The position numbers and the translations under genes are program-made. This document shows, piece after piece, positions 35,249-36,200 of a stretch of 36,200 bases of DNA; positions within the stretch are counted from its first letter, which is position 1; every line of letters starts with the position of its first letter. The notes beneath the pieces are model-generated. The model did not search any database and was not told where the DNA came from. It saw only the letters and a program-made list of their open reading frames with translations. Where the stretch lies: positions 15,356,502-15,392,701 of the forward strand of contig NC_057752.1 in assembly GCF_004010195.1 (NCBI RefSeq), read 5' to 3'. This DNA comes from Chiloscyllium plagiosum (taxonomy: Eukaryota).

Positions 35249-35543
35249 CCTCCTAGTACAAGCCAAACAAAGACACGCACGAGAATTCCTAGAAGCATGG
35301 CATTCCAACTGGGACTCTATCAACAAGCACCCATCATAGTTTACGTGACTCAAATTAGACCCCGTCTACCATCCCTTGAGAAAAGGAACAGGAAATGACA
35401 TCGCCACAGGAAACCTAAACACATAAATAGAAAGTGGACCATGCCACCGGTGTTTCATCTGGGCGCTCACTGATATGTTACCTAGTATGGTGACAAAACA
35501 TCTGAAAATGAACCTTCTAGCTCAGCGAGCAAACCTACATCCT
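35249..35543 (+). mobile_element. Penelope-like 3' fragment (GIY-YIG C-terminal region plus decayed hammerhead)
   Basis: QAKQRHAREFLEAWHSNWDSINKH, then CTGATA-TGTTACC-tagtat-GGTGAC-AAAACATC at 35470-35502. Confidence 0.78.
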
Positions 35544-35890
35544 GAGTTTGGTACGAGCCTTTCAGCATTTTAATGTTTATGTCATGAACAATGTGTCAGA
35601 GATGGTTGTGTACACAGATCACAATCCTCTTACATTCTTGGAATGATTTAAAGACAAGAATATGAGACAATTTCATTGGAGTTATATGTTACAAACTTTT
35701 AACTGACAAACTGTAAGAATGTGACAGCAGATGTGTTATTGTGAATTTAACAGACAAAATATAGATAAGATTGAATAGATACCAATGTTTTATACATGTG
35801 CGTGTGATGTCATATGTAATTCATGGTAACATGGTTAAGAATTAGAAAAAAAAGCAATCTTTTCATTACAATGGTTCATTTTTTTAAATT

Positions 35891-35910
35891 AAGGGTGGAA
35901 GTGTTATGAT
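35891..35910 (+). other. Probable polypurine tract and first bases of the Gypsy 3' LTR
   Basis: AAGGGTGGAAG followed by TGTTATG about 150 nt after RNase H, immediately interrupted by a SINE. Confidence 0.5.
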
Positions 35911-35911
35911 T

Positions 35912-36200
35912 AGATTTTTTTAGATTAGATTACATTACAGATTACATTACAGTGTGGAAACAGGCCCTTCAGCCCAACAAGTCCACACCGACCCGCCGAA
36001 GCGCAACCCACCCATACCCCTACATTTACCCCATACCTAACACTACGGGCAATTTAGCATGGCCAATTCACCTGACTTGCACATCTTTGGACTGTGGGAG
36101 GAAACCGGAGCACCTGGAGGAAACCCACGCAGACACGGGGAAAACGTGCAAACTCCACACAGTCAGTCGCCTGAGGCGGGAATTGAACCTGGGTCTCTGG
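35912..36200 (-). mobile_element. HE1-like V-SINE, same subfamily as 14308-14625, runs off the window
   Basis: Near-identical reverse complement including gcgcttcggcgggtc and the TAATC/TGTAA tail. Confidence 0.93.

Larger units (their letters stand above)
33805..35745 (+). mobile_element. Gypsy LTR retrotransposon pol remnant with Gmr1-type order (IN, RT, RNase H)
   Basis: IN C-terminus LFAIRDAPN..ELIFGHEV..HVNMLK, then RT PIKQHPYR, WSSP, FCVDY, FGMKNAPIIFQRLMN, YLDD, then RNase H VYTDHNPL. Confidence 0.88.

Overview
Repeat-dense vertebrate genomic DNA, most likely from a cartilaginous fish. This is inferred from HE1-like V-SINEs, CR1/HER1-type LINEs and a GPR139-like GPCR of the type expanded in sharks. 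I see no intact protein-coding gene. The window is a stack of nested, decayed insertions within several blocks of a 28-bp satellite. It contains: many CR1 LINE fragments; tRNA-derived V-SINEs; Penelope-like element (PLE) fragments and short PLE-type termini carrying minimal hammerhead-ribozyme motifs of three different sequence types; a deleted class I (gamma/epsilon-like) endogenous retrovirus with integrase, env and a probable 3' LTR; a GPR139-like GPCR pseudo-exon; a second LINE family; a Tx1/L1-type RT fragment; a Gmr1-type (integrase-before-RT) Gypsy element; and a 925-nt assembly gap. The most interesting signals are the recurrent ~95-125-bp hammerhead-bearing insertions with a shared 5' boundary and long target-site duplications, the env-bearing ERV, and locally templated inserts and hairpins inside the satellite. 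Coordinates were read by eye, and the boundaries of decayed elements are approximate.
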